Shown in pieces: positions 27,269-38,533 of a stretch of 56,623 nucleotides of DNA. The stretch's first letter is position 1. Each line of letters starts with the position of its first letter. The position numbers and the translations under genes were made by a program. The DNA is from Leptolyngbyaceae cyanobacterium (GTDB lineage: Bacteria; Cyanobacteriota; Cyanobacteriia; Phormidesmidales; Phormidesmidaceae), in contig JBHJHA010000094.1 in assembly GCA_050331235.1 (NCBI GenBank), forward strand, positions 1 to 56,623, written 5' to 3'. The notes under the pieces are model-generated. The model saw nothing but the letters and a program-made list of their open reading frames with translations. It was not told the origin of the DNA and did not search any database.

Positions 27269-29638
27269 TTACTGAAACCGCCGACTTTGTGGCGACCAGG
27301 TGAGTAAATTCGGTTCATTGCCTTGGACAACCACCAAAGCCGCTGGCCCAGAGGCTGCCTGCAGCCAGCCCCGCAGCTGTTGTTCAGTGCTGGACCATAA
27401 ATTGCTGTATAGAAGTTCACCCTGAGCCGTCAAAATCAATTGAGCCGGATAGCTCGAGGCAGACAACCCCTGCGAACCCATCAACTCTGGCGACAGGGTC
27501 AAGAGAAAGTCGTGACTGCCGTTGTTTAACCAATCCACACGCTGCAAACTAGCCCACGGTGAAGCCACCGCCGCCGGTTGCTGCAAATTCGTCCGCAGGC
27601 TTTCGGGCGACAGGCCCATATGTTCATACACAGTGGACAGGAGGCGATCGCCGATTTCCGGTTGCGTGGGTAGAAAATCCGCTAGCGCCATTGACTCTAC
27701 CGCGGCCAGATCGCGCCACAGTCCGGGTGTTACCACCAATAATGGCGTCAAATCAGCCCCCCCCCTCGCGAGCAACGTAATGGACTGCCCCTGCTGCTGC
27801 GTCCCCAAAATTTCTAGTGTGTGTAGCCTGCCTGAGGCCTGATCTAGCCCTTGAAGAATAGCCGCTGGCCCCAAGCCTAAGGATTGCCAGAGCTGTGTTG
27901 GTGGACTTGATGACTTGAGGGCGGGAAGAGGGCGCTGCCACTGCGACTGTCGCCAGCCAGCGGACAAGGTCACGACGTACCACTGTTGCCCTAGAGCCAG
28001 AGATGGTGGTGGGGCGGCGGCTGGCCGTTGCCATTGAGAGGCATCAAGACTTGTAAGCGTCGCTGCTCGTCCCACGATTCCCTGCCAGGGGGGCGAAGAC
28101 TGAGGGGGTGGCGCGGCAGTTGACTCGTTGGCCGGGTCTGACGTCGAAGCCGTAGCTGTGACTGCGGGTGCCGGCTTAGGGGGTAATACGTTAGTCGTGA
28201 TCGTCTCAAATTCTTTTCTAAGGGGCGACGTTTCATCCGCGGTCAACCATTTGAGAGCGGCAGCTTTATCTTCCTTGGCCATTAGCAATAACGCATTCCA
28301 AAAGCGCGCCTCTTTTTGGTTGGGATTGAGCTCTAGGGTAGCCGTCAGCCGTGGCCAAACTCGAGACGAGTCACGCTTAAGCAACGGTAACACGGCTTGA
28401 GAAAACCTTGTTTGCTCCGTCATGACATGGCCGAGCGCAGTTTGCCATTGACCATCTAGCAGGAGAGCCAACAGTTTTTGACTCGGTTGCGACCATTCGC
28501 GTTCTGCTTGGGTCGCGCTAAATCGGCTGTGTAGCGCCACCAACTGTAACTGCTGTTCCAGATTAGGAGTCCACTCCGCACCTAGCTGAGATTTCAACTC
28601 ATACAAGCGGGTTTGAGCGTCTGACCAAAGTCCCCGCTGGGCTAAGAAAAGCGCATTTTGATAGGCGATCGCCTGATTTTTTTCTTGAATGGATAAGGGA
28701 ATCAGCGAAATTTCTTGCAGTCGTGTGTTAGCCCCGACAGCCTGGATATTGGCCACTCGGAAAAGCTGAAAGCGCGGCTCTAGCCCGTAGCTCTGATTCA
28801 CCAATAGTTCAGGCAACCCAGCCTGATCAACATTATGCCAAGTAGGCAGTCGTCCCGGCGGGCTTTGCCAGTTTAAAAGCGACGTAATTTCTCGGGTCTG
28901 AGGGTTAACATAAACGATCTGCCCGTATAGCAAAGGACTTCCCTGGCCTTGCCAGCGCCCCGTCAAAGTCAACCAACTGCCTGGCAGTCCTGGCTCTTGT
29001 AACGACTTGAGGGCGTTGAGCGGCAGTTCATAGGTCGACCCGAGATTGTCAGCGGCAGTTTGGGCCAGTGATTTCAGAACGTCTGCCTCCGTTGGCCCCC
29101 GTACTTCTAGTTGATCCAGCAGCTGCAAGGGCGCGCTGGTTGGCTGGGAACGTTGGCGACGGTAAAGTCGTAGCTCCACGATCGCCTCACAGTTACGGGT
29201 ACAAGATGGCCGCGTCTCAAATATCGGGATCAAGGTCAACTCAGCCGCAACCCTGCGATCGCCCTTGGCAGAGAGCACTAAGGAGCGGCCTCGAGACTGC
29301 TGCTGGGCCGCCAGCTCAGCATCAATTTCTGCCAACGTTTGGGCTGGCAACTCTTGCCAGCTCCTCAATCCGCCAGGCCACACCCGTGCCAACCAAGGGG
29401 GAGGATGGGGCCGCAAAATCAGAACGGCGCTCGTCCACAAACTCATGCCCACCAAGGTACCGGCCCCTGCCAAGAGCAACGCTAAACCGCTAAACCGCAT
29501 AAACCGCCGCCATAGAGATCGACGCGGTCTCAATGTCTGCATCGAAACAGGACTCATCTTTACTGGCCTAACGACCAGGCTAGCGGTTAACGGGTCTTTC
29601 TCAGGGGGCTTAGGGGATGGCATGTCAGCGGCGGTCAA
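27269..29638 (-). CDS. Large hypothetical membrane-anchored protein
   Basis: 789 aa ORF; N-terminal TM, helical repeat-like middle, Pro/Ala/Thr linker; in a same-strand run with GTs and trmFO. Confidence 0.7.
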   Translation of the reverse strand: MTAADMPSPKPPEKDPLTASLVVRPVKMSPVSMQTLRPRRSLWRRFMRFSGLALLLAGAGTLVGMSLWTSAVLILRPHPPPWLARVWPGGLRSWQELPAQTLAEIDAELAAQQQSRGRSLVLSAKGDRRVAAELTLIPIFETRPSCTRNCEAIVELRLYRRQRSQPTSAPLQLLDQLEVRGPTEADVLKSLAQTAADNLGSTYELPLNALKSLQEPGLPGSWLTLTGRWQGQGSPLLYGQIVYVNPQTREITSLLNWQSPPGRLPTWHNVDQAGLPELLVNQSYGLEPRFQLFRVANIQAVGANTRLQEISLIPLSIQEKNQAIAYQNALFLAQRGLWSDAQTRLYELKSQLGAEWTPNLEQQLQLVALHSRFSATQAEREWSQPSQKLLALLLDGQWQTALGHVMTEQTRFSQAVLPLLKRDSSRVWPRLTATLELNPNQKEARFWNALLLMAKEDKAAALKWLTADETSPLRKEFETITTNVLPPKPAPAVTATASTSDPANESTAAPPPQSSPPWQGIVGRAATLTSLDASQWQRPAAAPPPSLALGQQWYVVTLSAGWRQSQWQRPLPALKSSSPPTQLWQSLGLGPAAILQGLDQASGRLHTLEILGTQQQGQSITLLARGGADLTPLLVVTPGLWRDLAAVESMALADFLPTQPEIGDRLLSTVYEHMGLSPESLRTNLQQPAAVASPWASLQRVDWLNNGSHDFLLTLSPELMGSQGLSASSYPAQLILTAQGELLYSNLWSSTEQQLRGWLQAASGPAALVVVQGNEPNLLTWSPQSRRFQ

Positions 29639-29649
29639 CCCAGATGGAG

Positions 29650-30864
29650 CTACTGTGTCAAGATTTGGCTGTAGACTTTACCTACTTGATTCCAGGTGTA
29701 ATCCGTTTCAATCATAGTGCGAGCGTTCTGAGAGAGCTGAGCTCGCAGGTCAAAATTTTCAAAAAGTTGGCTAATTGCAGCAACATAGCCTTCAGGATTA
29801 TTAGCTCGTAGGGCTCGGAGCGGTACGTCATCGTTATCGACGTGCAAGCCTTCCAGCCCGCGATCGCTCGCCACCACCGGTACACCCGCCGCCATAGCCT
29901 CCAGCGTTTTGTTTTTAATGCCATATCCCGATCGCAGCGGGACCACGCAGACCGTTGATTTATGCAAATAGTCGGTAGTAGAAGGCACTTTGCCTGTCAC
30001 CACTACTCCCGGCAGAGCCTGTAAATCTTGTACAGCCCGAACTGGCCGAGTACCCACAATGTAAAACTGGGCATCAGGATATTGCTGTTGCAACAGGGGA
30101 AACACTTCTTGACTAAAGAAAATCGCGGCGTCGATATTGGGCGGCGTATCCATCGCTCCCACAAATACTAAGCGATGGCCTCCCGGATCTTGGGTGCGAT
30201 CAGCAAAGTTGTCCAGATCCACTCCATTGGTCACGGTATGCACTGCACGCTCAGGGCATAGCTGATGAATCTGGATGGCATCTTCAGGGGTCGTTACGAC
30301 CAAGTCAGTAAATTTCTGGCAGTACCGACGTTCATAGCGTTTAAGCAGAGATAGATTCAGGCGCTCCCGCAAGGGATTCTCTGCGGTGCGAGTAGCGAGC
30401 TGCTGCTTTACGGTACCGTAGACCGAGCTGTGAATATCCACGATCCGACGTGGAATTTTGGATTGTACAACTGGACTCACAAAGACCTCATTGGCGCTGT
30501 GTTCGCAGGTGATGGCATCAAACTTGCCGCTACGGGCTTGCTCATCCACCCAAGCTTGAATTTCCGGCGTCTGCCGAAATCGGGTGCTGGGCGGCGTTCC
30601 TTCCACTAAAAAGCGACCAAACCGAAGCGCTTTAGCGACTGGACTGCGACTATAGCTATCCGCTCGAGTAGGAAAAAGGTGTAAGGTCTCTACCCAGTCT
30701 TTCAATTCGCTTACTTCATCATCGGTGACGTCGCCGTGCCGCAAAGTCATCAAGGTAACTTTATGATCCGCCTGTAGGGCCTTAAGTAAATTAAAGGTTC
30801 GCACTTCTGTACCTCCCCGGGAGGGCGGATAGGGAAAGGTCACAGACAGCATCAAGATTTTCAT
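29650..30864 (-). CDS. GT4 glycosyltransferase
   Basis: FPYPPSRGG, NGVD, FVGAMDTPPNIDA, GYGIKNKTLEAMAAGVPVV. Confidence 0.9.
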   Translation of the reverse strand: MKILMLSVTFPYPPSRGGTEVRTFNLLKALQADHKVTLMTLRHGDVTDDEVSELKDWVETLHLFPTRADSYSRSPVAKALRFGRFLVEGTPPSTRFRQTPEIQAWVDEQARSGKFDAITCEHSANEVFVSPVVQSKIPRRIVDIHSSVYGTVKQQLATRTAENPLRERLNLSLLKRYERRYCQKFTDLVVTTPEDAIQIHQLCPERAVHTVTNGVDLDNFADRTQDPGGHRLVFVGAMDTPPNIDAAIFFSQEVFPLLQQQYPDAQFYIVGTRPVRAVQDLQALPGVVVTGKVPSTTDYLHKSTVCVVPLRSGYGIKNKTLEAMAAGVPVVASDRGLEGLHVDNDDVPLRALRANNPEGYVAAISQLFENFDLRAQLSQNARTMIETDYTWNQVGKVYSQILTQ

Positions 30865-31018
30865 GGCGATGGTAGCAGTTGGCAGTGGCTATTCTGAGAA
30901 TGCCCTGAACGGCCCTTGAAGTTGCGGGAAATCGCTGACAATGGGGGTTCTTGTAGGCCTGTCAGTCGCTTGGAGGTACGAGCAAAAAGGGTGCAGAGCT
31001 GATCGTGGCCAGCCATTA

Positions 31019-32011
31019 TCAGCCATGACCAGAGCGGCCCGTCTCTGCCGTTGGTAAGTTATGAGAAGCTTCTAACCACTCGATGTAGCGAGCGGCCTCC
31101 GGTAGTTGAGCGGTGCGCTGCCCCTGCTGCCGTGACATCCCACAAAATAGGTCCAACGGTGAGCCCACAATCTCAATCGCTGGTACCTGGCCCAGTACAG
31201 TCCGTATGGTCATCACCGGCAATCCTTTGAGCAGCCAGCGGGTCAACCGATTAGCTACGTGAAAGCGTGGGGAGGTTTTTTGGAGCGGTACGCCAAAGAG
31301 CTCGTGCAAATATTGGTTTGACCGACCATAGCGACACCACTGACTCCGTAGGGCTTGGAGTGTGGACCGATGACGATGGCGGACAATGGCCTCTGTGACA
31401 AACTTTAGCTGCCATTCGCCCTGCATTTGAATGCGCCAGCAAAGGTCAGCATCGCCCCCGGTAGTGAGGTAAGGACGAAACAGCCCTGATGTTTGCAAGG
31501 CGACCCGCCGCACGGCGAGGTTAGCAGTTTGTCCATAGGGATAAAAGGTGTGGGCGATTGTATATTTTTGGGACAGGATATCGCGCTGTTCAGCGTATTG
31601 CTCGAGCCAAGAGTCTCCGGGCAAGGCTTCGATTTCACCCACTACAAGACCGATATTGGCGGTTTCAAAAGGTTGCACCATCTGCGCTAACCACTCTGGA
31701 ATGGGACGGCAATCAGCATCGGTAAATACTAAGATCTCGCCTCGGGCAGCTTTGATTCCGCGGTTCCTAGCTGCGTAGGAGCTCTGGATCTCGCACTCCG
31801 ATAGCGGAACAATTCGTAGGCCTTGCTGTTGTGCCTCGTCAGCAAATCGCCTGAGCTCAGCCAACGTCTCATCCTGACTGTTATTGTCTACCAGTAAATA
31901 TTCCACTTGGTCGGTGGGAAACGTCTGCTGCAGTAGGCAAGTCTCTAATCCCGGCAGGTCATCCACACCGTTGTAAATCGGGATAATAACGGAAACTGCT
32001 GGTTTCGCCAT
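31019..32011 (-). CDS. GT2 glycosyltransferase
   Basis: SVIIPIYN, VDNNSQD, SYAARNRG, FTDADC, GGDADLCWR. Confidence 0.9.
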   Translation of the reverse strand: MAKPAVSVIIPIYNGVDDLPGLETCLLQQTFPTDQVEYLLVDNNSQDETLAELRRFADEAQQQGLRIVPLSECEIQSSYAARNRGIKAARGEILVFTDADCRPIPEWLAQMVQPFETANIGLVVGEIEALPGDSWLEQYAEQRDILSQKYTIAHTFYPYGQTANLAVRRVALQTSGLFRPYLTTGGDADLCWRIQMQGEWQLKFVTEAIVRHRHRSTLQALRSQWCRYGRSNQYLHELFGVPLQKTSPRFHVANRLTRWLLKGLPVMTIRTVLGQVPAIEIVGSPLDLFCGMSRQQGQRTAQLPEAARYIEWLEASHNLPTAETGRSGHG

Positions 32012-32110
32012 GGAAATCAGGAAGGTCAGTGAGCTTTAGATCCAGAATTCCCCCTACGCCAGACGAGATTACCAATGGGCTTTGACATTTTCAGGATGGC
32101 GAGATGAGGC

Positions 32111-34069
32111 TTACAGCCGGTATCCCCGGGGAGTAATCAGTTTGCCTGCATAGAGTTGGGTGCTCTGGTTGCCGATGATCACTGTCGTCAACATGTCGAT
32201 GGAGTGATCCAGCATTTTCTCGATAGTCGTTAGCACAACTTTTTCAGTTGACCGATAGGCAGACCTGACGATCGCTACTGGCGTCTCAGGGGCGCGATAT
32301 TCGATAAAGATGCGCTGGGCGATCGCAATCTGCTCGGTACGATTTTTTGACCTGGGATTATATAGAGCAATGACGAAATCAGCGGCAGCAGCAGCTCGCA
32401 GTCGCGTCTCAATGACGGACCAAGGGGTGAGCAAATCGCTCAAACTGATAGCACAAAAGTCGTGCATCAGCGGCGCCCCGACCCGGGCCGCAGCCGCTTG
32501 CATGGCGGAGATCCCAGGGTAGCTATCTACAGTTGGCCGCTGACCATCCCAGCCTTGAGCCTGTAGGGTTTCCAACACTAGGCCTGCCATGGCATAAATG
32601 CCACAGTCACCAGAAGAAATTACGGCTACATTGAGCCCCCAACGCGCTAGGGCGATCGCCCGTTCAGCCCGCTGCTGTTCCTGCGTGAGGGACCACGATT
32701 CCACGATCTGACCCGGTCGCAAAAGCGGTCGTACCAAATCGATGTACAGCCCATAGCCAATGACCGCATCGGCTTGGGCGATCGCATCCTTGGCTGCTGG
32801 GGTGATCTGAGCCAAGCTGCCGGGGCCGATTCCCACTAGGCTCAAGTGGCCTAAGCGGCCAGTGTACTCTACGTTGGCCTGGGCGATCGCCACCGTTACG
32901 GCTCCCTTCACCCCCGGCTCTCGAATGACTTGCTTCGTAACGCAAAGAGAGGTTTCGGCTGTCCTGGCCGGCTCTATGGACTCTATTTGTAATGGCAGAG
33001 CAGACATTGCCGCCAACACCGCGGCGGCTTCGGCGACGCTATGCGTTCCCACGGCCTGCTCGACGACAGAGGCCGGGTGCGGTACCTTAACCACCTTCAA
33101 CTGATCTGCCGAAAAGCACCGCAGAGGCCAATCATGATCGCTGCAAATCTGCAAGATCCCCGGTTCATCCGCCTTGATATCGATGGTGCCGATCCCTGCC
33201 ACGGCAGCCAGCGCCAAATGGCGTGCCTTGAGCACTTGTGCGATCGCCGTTGCGATCAGTGCTGGATCAGTGTTCCGTTCACATCCCAAACCAATCCACA
33301 AGACCCGAGGAAACCATTGCACTTTGGGAAACTCGGTATCGGGTGCAAATCGACTAAGAATGGGACTGATCCAGACCCTGGCTTGAGGAGGGGGGCCCGA
33401 ATCGGGGGCTGGTACCTCTGGCCAACCAAACTGAAAGGAGTGCTGTGCGGGCAAATGCTGCTGCCATAAGGAAGATCCCGCTTCCTGAATGACTTGAACT
33501 GGCGCAGCATGCGCGATCGCACTCGCCACCGCCGTCCAATCCCCTGGTCCCTTAGACCAACCAAATGGCTGCCCCAAAAGGTCGATCCCTGTAAAGCCAT
33601 GGGCATGAGCGGCCCCTGTAATGACTGGCGTAGCTCCCAGAAGATGACTAATGCGGTGGGTCAAGCGATCGCCTCCCCCTCGATGTCCACCACAAAGGCT
33701 AATGGCAACGCGAGCTGCCTCGTCAATCACCACCACCGCCGGGTCTGTTTCCTTATCATGCAAATGAGGAGCAATGAGACGCGTGACGGCTCCCAACGCC
33801 AGCGCAAACACCAAGCTGTCTTCTTCAGCCCATAGGGTCGCGATCAAAGCCTTGAGCGAATTTTGGTATCCCCTAACCAGAACCTCGTCGGACAGTTCAA
33901 CGGTCGTTAGTATCGCCTCTGGCAACCAGAGCGTCGCGGCCAATGGTAAGCAGAGCGAAATTAACGATTTCGCGCCTGCTGGAGTTGTGGTAATCGCTGC
34001 GACCAATATAGTCCCTCTGCCATCCGACCTAACGAGCATAACAAGAGAGCGATCGCCCTCGAGCCCCAC
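32111..34069 (-). CDS. cobJ: CbiG/CobE-CobJ fusion, precorrin-3B C17-methyltransferase (start uncertain)
   Basis: DKETDPAVVV, GGHRGG, GLGCER, VAEAAA, VGIGPG, SSGDCGIYAMAG, HDFCAISLSDLLTPW, LYNPRS, ITPRGY. Confidence 0.93.
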   Translation of the reverse strand: MGLEGDRSLVMLVRSDGRGTILVAAITTTPAGAKSLISLCLPLAATLWLPEAILTTVELSDEVLVRGYQNSLKALIATLWAEEDSLVFALALGAVTRLIAPHLHDKETDPAVVVIDEAARVAISLCGGHRGGGDRLTHRISHLLGATPVITGAAHAHGFTGIDLLGQPFGWSKGPGDWTAVASAIAHAAPVQVIQEAGSSLWQQHLPAQHSFQFGWPEVPAPDSGPPPQARVWISPILSRFAPDTEFPKVQWFPRVLWIGLGCERNTDPALIATAIAQVLKARHLALAAVAGIGTIDIKADEPGILQICSDHDWPLRCFSADQLKVVKVPHPASVVEQAVGTHSVAEAAAVLAAMSALPLQIESIEPARTAETSLCVTKQVIREPGVKGAVTVAIAQANVEYTGRLGHLSLVGIGPGSLAQITPAAKDAIAQADAVIGYGLYIDLVRPLLRPGQIVESWSLTQEQQRAERAIALARWGLNVAVISSGDCGIYAMAGLVLETLQAQGWDGQRPTVDSYPGISAMQAAAARVGAPLMHDFCAISLSDLLTPWSVIETRLRAAAAADFVIALYNPRSKNRTEQIAIAQRIFIEYRAPETPVAIVRSAYRSTEKVVLTTIEKMLDHSIDMLTTVIIGNQSTQLYAGKLITPRGYRL

Positions 34070-34491
34070 AGCCAGACCTGAATGAGCTTATTCCTGAGGC
34101 TATCGTGGGCAACAAACGCAAGAATGAACACCCTCGGACGGGTAAGTAATTTCCCTCAGGCAATTCTCTGCCAAAAAAATAAATCTGATTTCGGTATCTT
34201 ATCCCAAGCCAACTGCCACCGAGCTTAATAATCTGTTACTCAAAGAGCAGATGGCAGACGCTGTCAATCAACCAACCATTGAGCAAGGAAGTCCGAGCCT
34301 GCAGCATTTCCCAACATTATTGACCGAAATTTGTTCAGGCTGCCTCGGTTGAAGTTTTTGGTAGCCCTAGATATCGCTCGGATAAGCCGAGTTCTTAGCC
34401 TCGTTTGCAAGTTTGAATCAGTTGAGTTTGGCAATAGTCCATGGAAACGAACAAACTGAATGTTAGCCATCACCAATGCCACCCACCGAAG

Positions 34492-34668
34492 ATGAGTATT
34501 CTCGGCATTATCTTTCTGATAATGGGGGCACCCAATATTTATGCCTTCTTTCAAAGCCGCGTTGATAATGTCACCTACGGCGGCGGTGTTCCTCGCTATG
34601 CCTTCGCGGTGTTGCTCGCCATTGCGATTGCCAGCGTTTTCGAGTTATCGGTGATTGCGGCCGCTTGA
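34492..34668 (+). CDS. Possible small two-TM protein
   Basis: MSILGIIFLIMG...YAFAVLLAIAIASVF; no recognised family. Confidence 0.3.
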   Translation: MSILGIIFLIMGAPNIYAFFQSRVDNVTYGGGVPRYAFAVLLAIAIASVFELSVIAAA

Positions 34669-34745
34669 AAAAATAATGCCTGATTCTTGGGCGATCGCTG
34701 GTGCAAGCATCTATTACTGCTCCCACCAGCCGCTTTTACGATGGA

Positions 34746-35765
34746 CTAAAAGAACCAGCCATAGCTATGCAATCCTTTACCTAAGATATTGACTCCCAGG
34801 TAACAGATCCATACCACTAAGAACCCCGAAGCGGCCAAGATGGCAGGACGTCTGCCTTGCCAGCCTTTAGTGATGCGCGCGTGGAGATAAGCCGCAAACA
34901 CTAACCACGTGATGAGCGCCCACGTTTCTTTAGGATCCCAGCTCCAGTAAGAGCCCCATGCTTCGTTGGCCCAAACGGCACCCGAAATGATGCCGATGGT
35001 CAGCAGTGGAAAGCCCAAGCCAATAATGCGATAACTCACATTGTCTAATATGTCGGCTAGCGACAACCGTTGCAGCGTCAGCTTAGGCTGATCAACGACT
35101 TGCTGAGCCTGGGTCTTTTCCAGCACTGCGGTACTGCCAGCAGTCACAGTCGAATACGCGGTGACCATTTGTCCTGGCATGATTGTCTCACCGTCTTCTC
35201 TCCGACGGAGCCGGCTGTCTCGAAAAGCGCCCGTGCCGACAGAACTGCCCCGCAGCTCAATGGGACGTCCTCGGGTGACCACGAGAAAAGCAATCGCCAT
35301 CAGCGATCCCACCATTAATGCCGCATAGCTCAGCAACATAACACTGACATGCATCATCAACCAGTTAGACTTGAGGGCTGGCACCAATGGCTCTGACACT
35401 TGCATGGTGTCGGGCAAAGACAAAGCCGCAAACGCCGCAATGCCCATCAAAATCGGCGCTGTGACGGCACCGACCAAAAGACTACGGCTCATGCGCTCGG
35501 CAACGAGGTGCACTGCGCTAATTCCCCAGGCGACAAAAAAGAGTGATTCGTAGAGGTTACTCAGGGGAAAATAGCCTCCCTCAATCCAGCGTGCTGTCAG
35601 CAAAGCAGCAATCGCCAAATTAGCGACTACCATGCCCGTTGTGCCGAGACCAGCAAAAAACTGCGCCTGAGGAAATGCCACGCCGGCCCAATACACGAGC
35701 ATTGTTACAAAAAGGACAGCAAAAGCCGCATTATCTAACCACCCCTGAAGCGTTACCAGATCCAT
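34746..35765 (-). CDS. ccsA: Cytochrome c biogenesis protein CcsA (system II)
   Basis: [47 protein letters not shown] (WWD domain), GLHSYGW. Confidence 0.96.
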   Translation of the reverse strand: MDLVTLQGWLDNAAFAVLFVTMLVYWAGVAFPQAQFFAGLGTTGMVVANLAIAALLTARWIEGGYFPLSNLYESLFFVAWGISAVHLVAERMSRSLLVGAVTAPILMGIAAFAALSLPDTMQVSEPLVPALKSNWLMMHVSVMLLSYAALMVGSLMAIAFLVVTRGRPIELRGSSVGTGAFRDSRLRRREDGETIMPGQMVTAYSTVTAGSTAVLEKTQAQQVVDQPKLTLQRLSLADILDNVSYRIIGLGFPLLTIGIISGAVWANEAWGSYWSWDPKETWALITWLVFAAYLHARITKGWQGRRPAILAASGFLVVWICYLGVNILGKGLHSYGWFF

Positions 35766-35983
35766 GTCACTGCCACTTACGAGTTTTAATGTCTGTCCTC
35801 CATCCTAGCGGGGGATCAGGCCACATATCAAAGGCCATCGCCAAAGCTTTTTGATTGTTTTAGAAAAGGGCGATCTCCAACCCTTGTCTAACAGCTGCCC
35901 ACAAAACACTCAAAAGGCCCACTCCGAAACAGAATGAGCCCTTGAGGACTGTACCTAAAACTTGGAGCAAGCTCAGCAGCTTT

Positions 35984-36409
35984 CTACTTCTTGTCAGTCC
36001 GGGAGTAATCGTCCTGAAACCGGACGATGTCGTCTTCGCCCAGGTACTCACCATTCTGAACCTCAATCAAAACCAAGGGGATGACGCCCGAATTCTCTAA
36101 CCGGTGAGTCGTACAAGGGGGAACATAAGTTGACTGATTAGTAGAAAGCAGGGTCTCATGCTCCCCACAGGTGACCTTAGCCGTACCCGAAACCACAATC
36201 CAGTGCTCGCTCCGGTGGTGATGCATCTGCAGGCTCAAACGATGGCCTGGCTTGACTTCAATACGCTTAATTTTGTAACCGCGACCTTCTTCCAAAACGG
36301 TAAATGAGCCCCACGGACGAAGCTCGGTAGCTGCAATTCCTTCGGGAACAGGTACGGACTGCACTGCCACATTAGTCTTAGCTTCGGCCAATTCTTGCAT
36401 CTTAGGCAC
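35984..36409 (-). CDS. Cupin, mannose-6-phosphate isomerase type II C-terminal-like
   Basis: RPWGSF, KRIEVKPGHRLSLQMHHHRSEHWIVV, IEVQNGEYLGEDDIVRFQDDY. Confidence 0.9.
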   Translation of the reverse strand: MPKMQELAEAKTNVAVQSVPVPEGIAATELRPWGSFTVLEEGRGYKIKRIEVKPGHRLSLQMHHHRSEHWIVVSGTAKVTCGEHETLLSTNQSTYVPPCTTHRLENSGVIPLVLIEVQNGEYLGEDDIVRFQDDYSRTDKK

Positions 36410-36716
36410 AACGAAAACCCTCCAGATTTGATTACGATGATGACTATCCGTGTTAACAACTCATCCCCAGCGCTGATTGTAGAGTTCCCGATTAGCCCCT
36501 CACTTCAACCATGAGATACCCTGCCTCAGCACTAAAACTAGACCACACGCTGTGAGGAGATACTCTAGCAACCCTAGCTCTAAGGAAGAAAAATCTGCGG
36601 GTTGAATCCGCTTGCCACACAAAAACTTTAAGCTATGGATGGGATTGACAAGCCTGATTGAAGACACCTCAATTGCCGAGATACTCCGACAAAGAAAATA
36701 TTATTTTTCTCACATT

Positions 36717-37307
36717 ATGCCTGGAATTGCTACTGAGCCGTCTCCATCGCCAAAACTAGAGCCCGCCGCACGCAGATTCCGGGTCTCAGCCCTGATCCGA
36801 TTAACGCTCCTATTGCTCTACGTGGCTCTGACATTACCGCTGCCTGCGCTGGCCCAAGTTACCCAGGCCCCTGTATCACCCTCAATCTTGCTGAGTGGCA
36901 TCTTGGTTGGTGGTATTTTGCTGCTTGGGGGCCTGAGTGAGCAAGTCGCAGTCGATGCCGAGGGCATTGCCGTCCGCTATCCCCGCTGGATTGCTTGGCT
37001 CCTAAAACGCCAGTGGGCCCTCGGTTGGGCCGATATTACCGCACTCAAACCGCGGACTACTGGCCAAGGTGGCCTAGTCTACTACTTTGTTACCGATGGG
37101 CAAACGGCTTTTTTACTGCCGATGAGGGTCGCTGGCTTTGCAGAGCTGTTGCGCTACATCGAAGCGCATACCGATATCGATACCCGAGACGTACGGCCCT
37201 TGGCACAGCCTTGGATGTATTTTATTTTGCTGGGTTTTAGCCTGTTGCTGTTGACCGCAGACTGCTGGATACTCTGGATGGCAGCTCATTGGTCGAGGGG
37301 TAGTTAG
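36717..37307 (+). CDS. Conserved cyanobacterial membrane protein (start uncertain)
   Basis: LKPRTTGQGGLVYYF, LLPMRVAGF, VRPLAQPWMY; 3 TMs. Confidence 0.72.
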   Translation: MPGIATEPSPSPKLEPAARRFRVSALIRLTLLLLYVALTLPLPALAQVTQAPVSPSILLSGILVGGILLLGGLSEQVAVDAEGIAVRYPRWIAWLLKRQWALGWADITALKPRTTGQGGLVYYFVTDGQTAFLLPMRVAGFAELLRYIEAHTDIDTRDVRPLAQPWMYFILLGFSLLLLTADCWILWMAAHWSRGS

Positions 37308-37313
37308 CTAGCA

Positions 37314-38075
37314 ATGCTGTTTGAGCTTAACCGCGTGACTTTGGCAACAGCGACAGGTCAGCCAATTCTGAGCGACATTAGTTTTCAACTTGAGGCTGGG
37401 ACCTTTGTGGCTCTGCTGGGAGCTTCGGGCGCTGGTAAATCTTCTCTCTTGAAGTTGATGAACCGCTTGCAAGCAGCGACTAGTGGCTCGCTTTATTTTC
37501 AAGATCGAGCGATTGAGAAAATCGCGGTCAAGGAGTTACGCCGTCAAGTCATGTTAGTGGGGCAGAGTACCTCCTTGCTAAATATGAACGTTTGGGAGAC
37601 GTTGAATTATCCTCTGAAGCTTCAGGAAATCCCCTCTCAGGAACGGCAATCGCGGGTGACTTATTGCTTAGATCAACTGCAAATTCCACAGGACTGGCTC
37701 GACAAAACCGAGCTCGCGCTGTCAGGGGGACAAAAGCAACAGGTAGCGATCGCCCGGGGGCTCGTCACTCAACCCAAACTGCTCCTGTTAGATGAACCAA
37801 CCTCAGCATTAGACTTAGGCGCTGCGACTCGAGTATTGACGCTCATTAGCCAGTTAGTAAAAGAGCGAGGTCTCTCAGTCGTGATGAGTAACCATCAGCT
37901 TGACTTAGCCGAAAATTTTTGCGATCGCGTTCTATATCTAGAACAAGGATGCTTGAGGCAAGATCTCCCCGCTAATGAGGTTGACTGGCTTGCCATGCGC
38001 CAAACCTTTGTAGATGCTGATGCGCAAAGCCGCGACGACTGGGGCGACGAAGACGAACCTGAGTTCAGCCGTTAG
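37314..38075 (+). CDS. ABC transporter ATP-binding protein
   Basis: GASGAGKS, LSGGQKQ, LLLDEPTSALD. Confidence 0.9.
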   Translation: MLFELNRVTLATATGQPILSDISFQLEAGTFVALLGASGAGKSSLLKLMNRLQAATSGSLYFQDRAIEKIAVKELRRQVMLVGQSTSLLNMNVWETLNYPLKLQEIPSQERQSRVTYCLDQLQIPQDWLDKTELALSGGQKQQVAIARGLVTQPKLLLLDEPTSALDLGAATRVLTLISQLVKERGLSVVMSNHQLDLAENFCDRVLYLEQGCLRQDLPANEVDWLAMRQTFVDADAQSRDDWGDEDEPEFSR

Positions 38076-38296
38076 CTGGACTATAAACTATTACCACTGA
38101 CACCTCTATTGACTGACAAACTATATAGTTCTCCAGAATTTCGGGCGGACAAAGGCTGATTTCGCAAAAAAATCGGTAACGGCTGCAGAAAGCTTTTTGC
38201 AAGCTGTCGCGCAAGCCTGTAGTGATGCAATCTATCAATACACGGTTAGACGTTTCGCAGCACCACCTCACTAAGAAATAAAGTCACATACGACAA

Positions 38297-38327
38297 TCCC
38301 TCGAGAGCTTGCAAGCTTCTCGAGGGA
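38297..38327 (-). terminator. Stem-loop just downstream of tRNA-Glu
   Basis: TCCCTCGAGAGCTT-GC-AAGCTTCTCGAGGGA near-perfect hairpin. Confidence 0.6.
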
Positions 38328-38337
38328 AGTTTGGAAA

Positions 38338-38410
38338 TACCCCCAGGGGAATTCGAATCCCCGTCGCCTCCGTGAAAGGGAGGTGTCCTAGGCCTCTAGA
38401 CGATGGGGGC
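38338..38410 (-). tRNA. trnE: tRNA-Glu (UUC), CCA not encoded
   Basis: Reverse complement GCCCCCATCGTCTAGAGGCCTAGGACACCTCCCTTTCACGGAGGCGACGGGGATTCGAATTCCCCTGGGGGTA; cloverleaf with TTC anticodon. Confidence 0.97.
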
Positions 38411-38533
38411 ATGTGTTATTCAACACTGTCCAATATAGACAAATGGTGTACCCAGTGTCAAACATTCTTTCCTTGTCGATGCCATGCCGTTGCGGCGACC
38501 GCTCAAACAATATGCACCAAAGACAAGTCTACC

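Noticed and set aside
38200..38340. Possible integration site at the tRNA-Glu 3' end
   Set aside because: No integrase and no duplicated tRNA 3' end seen
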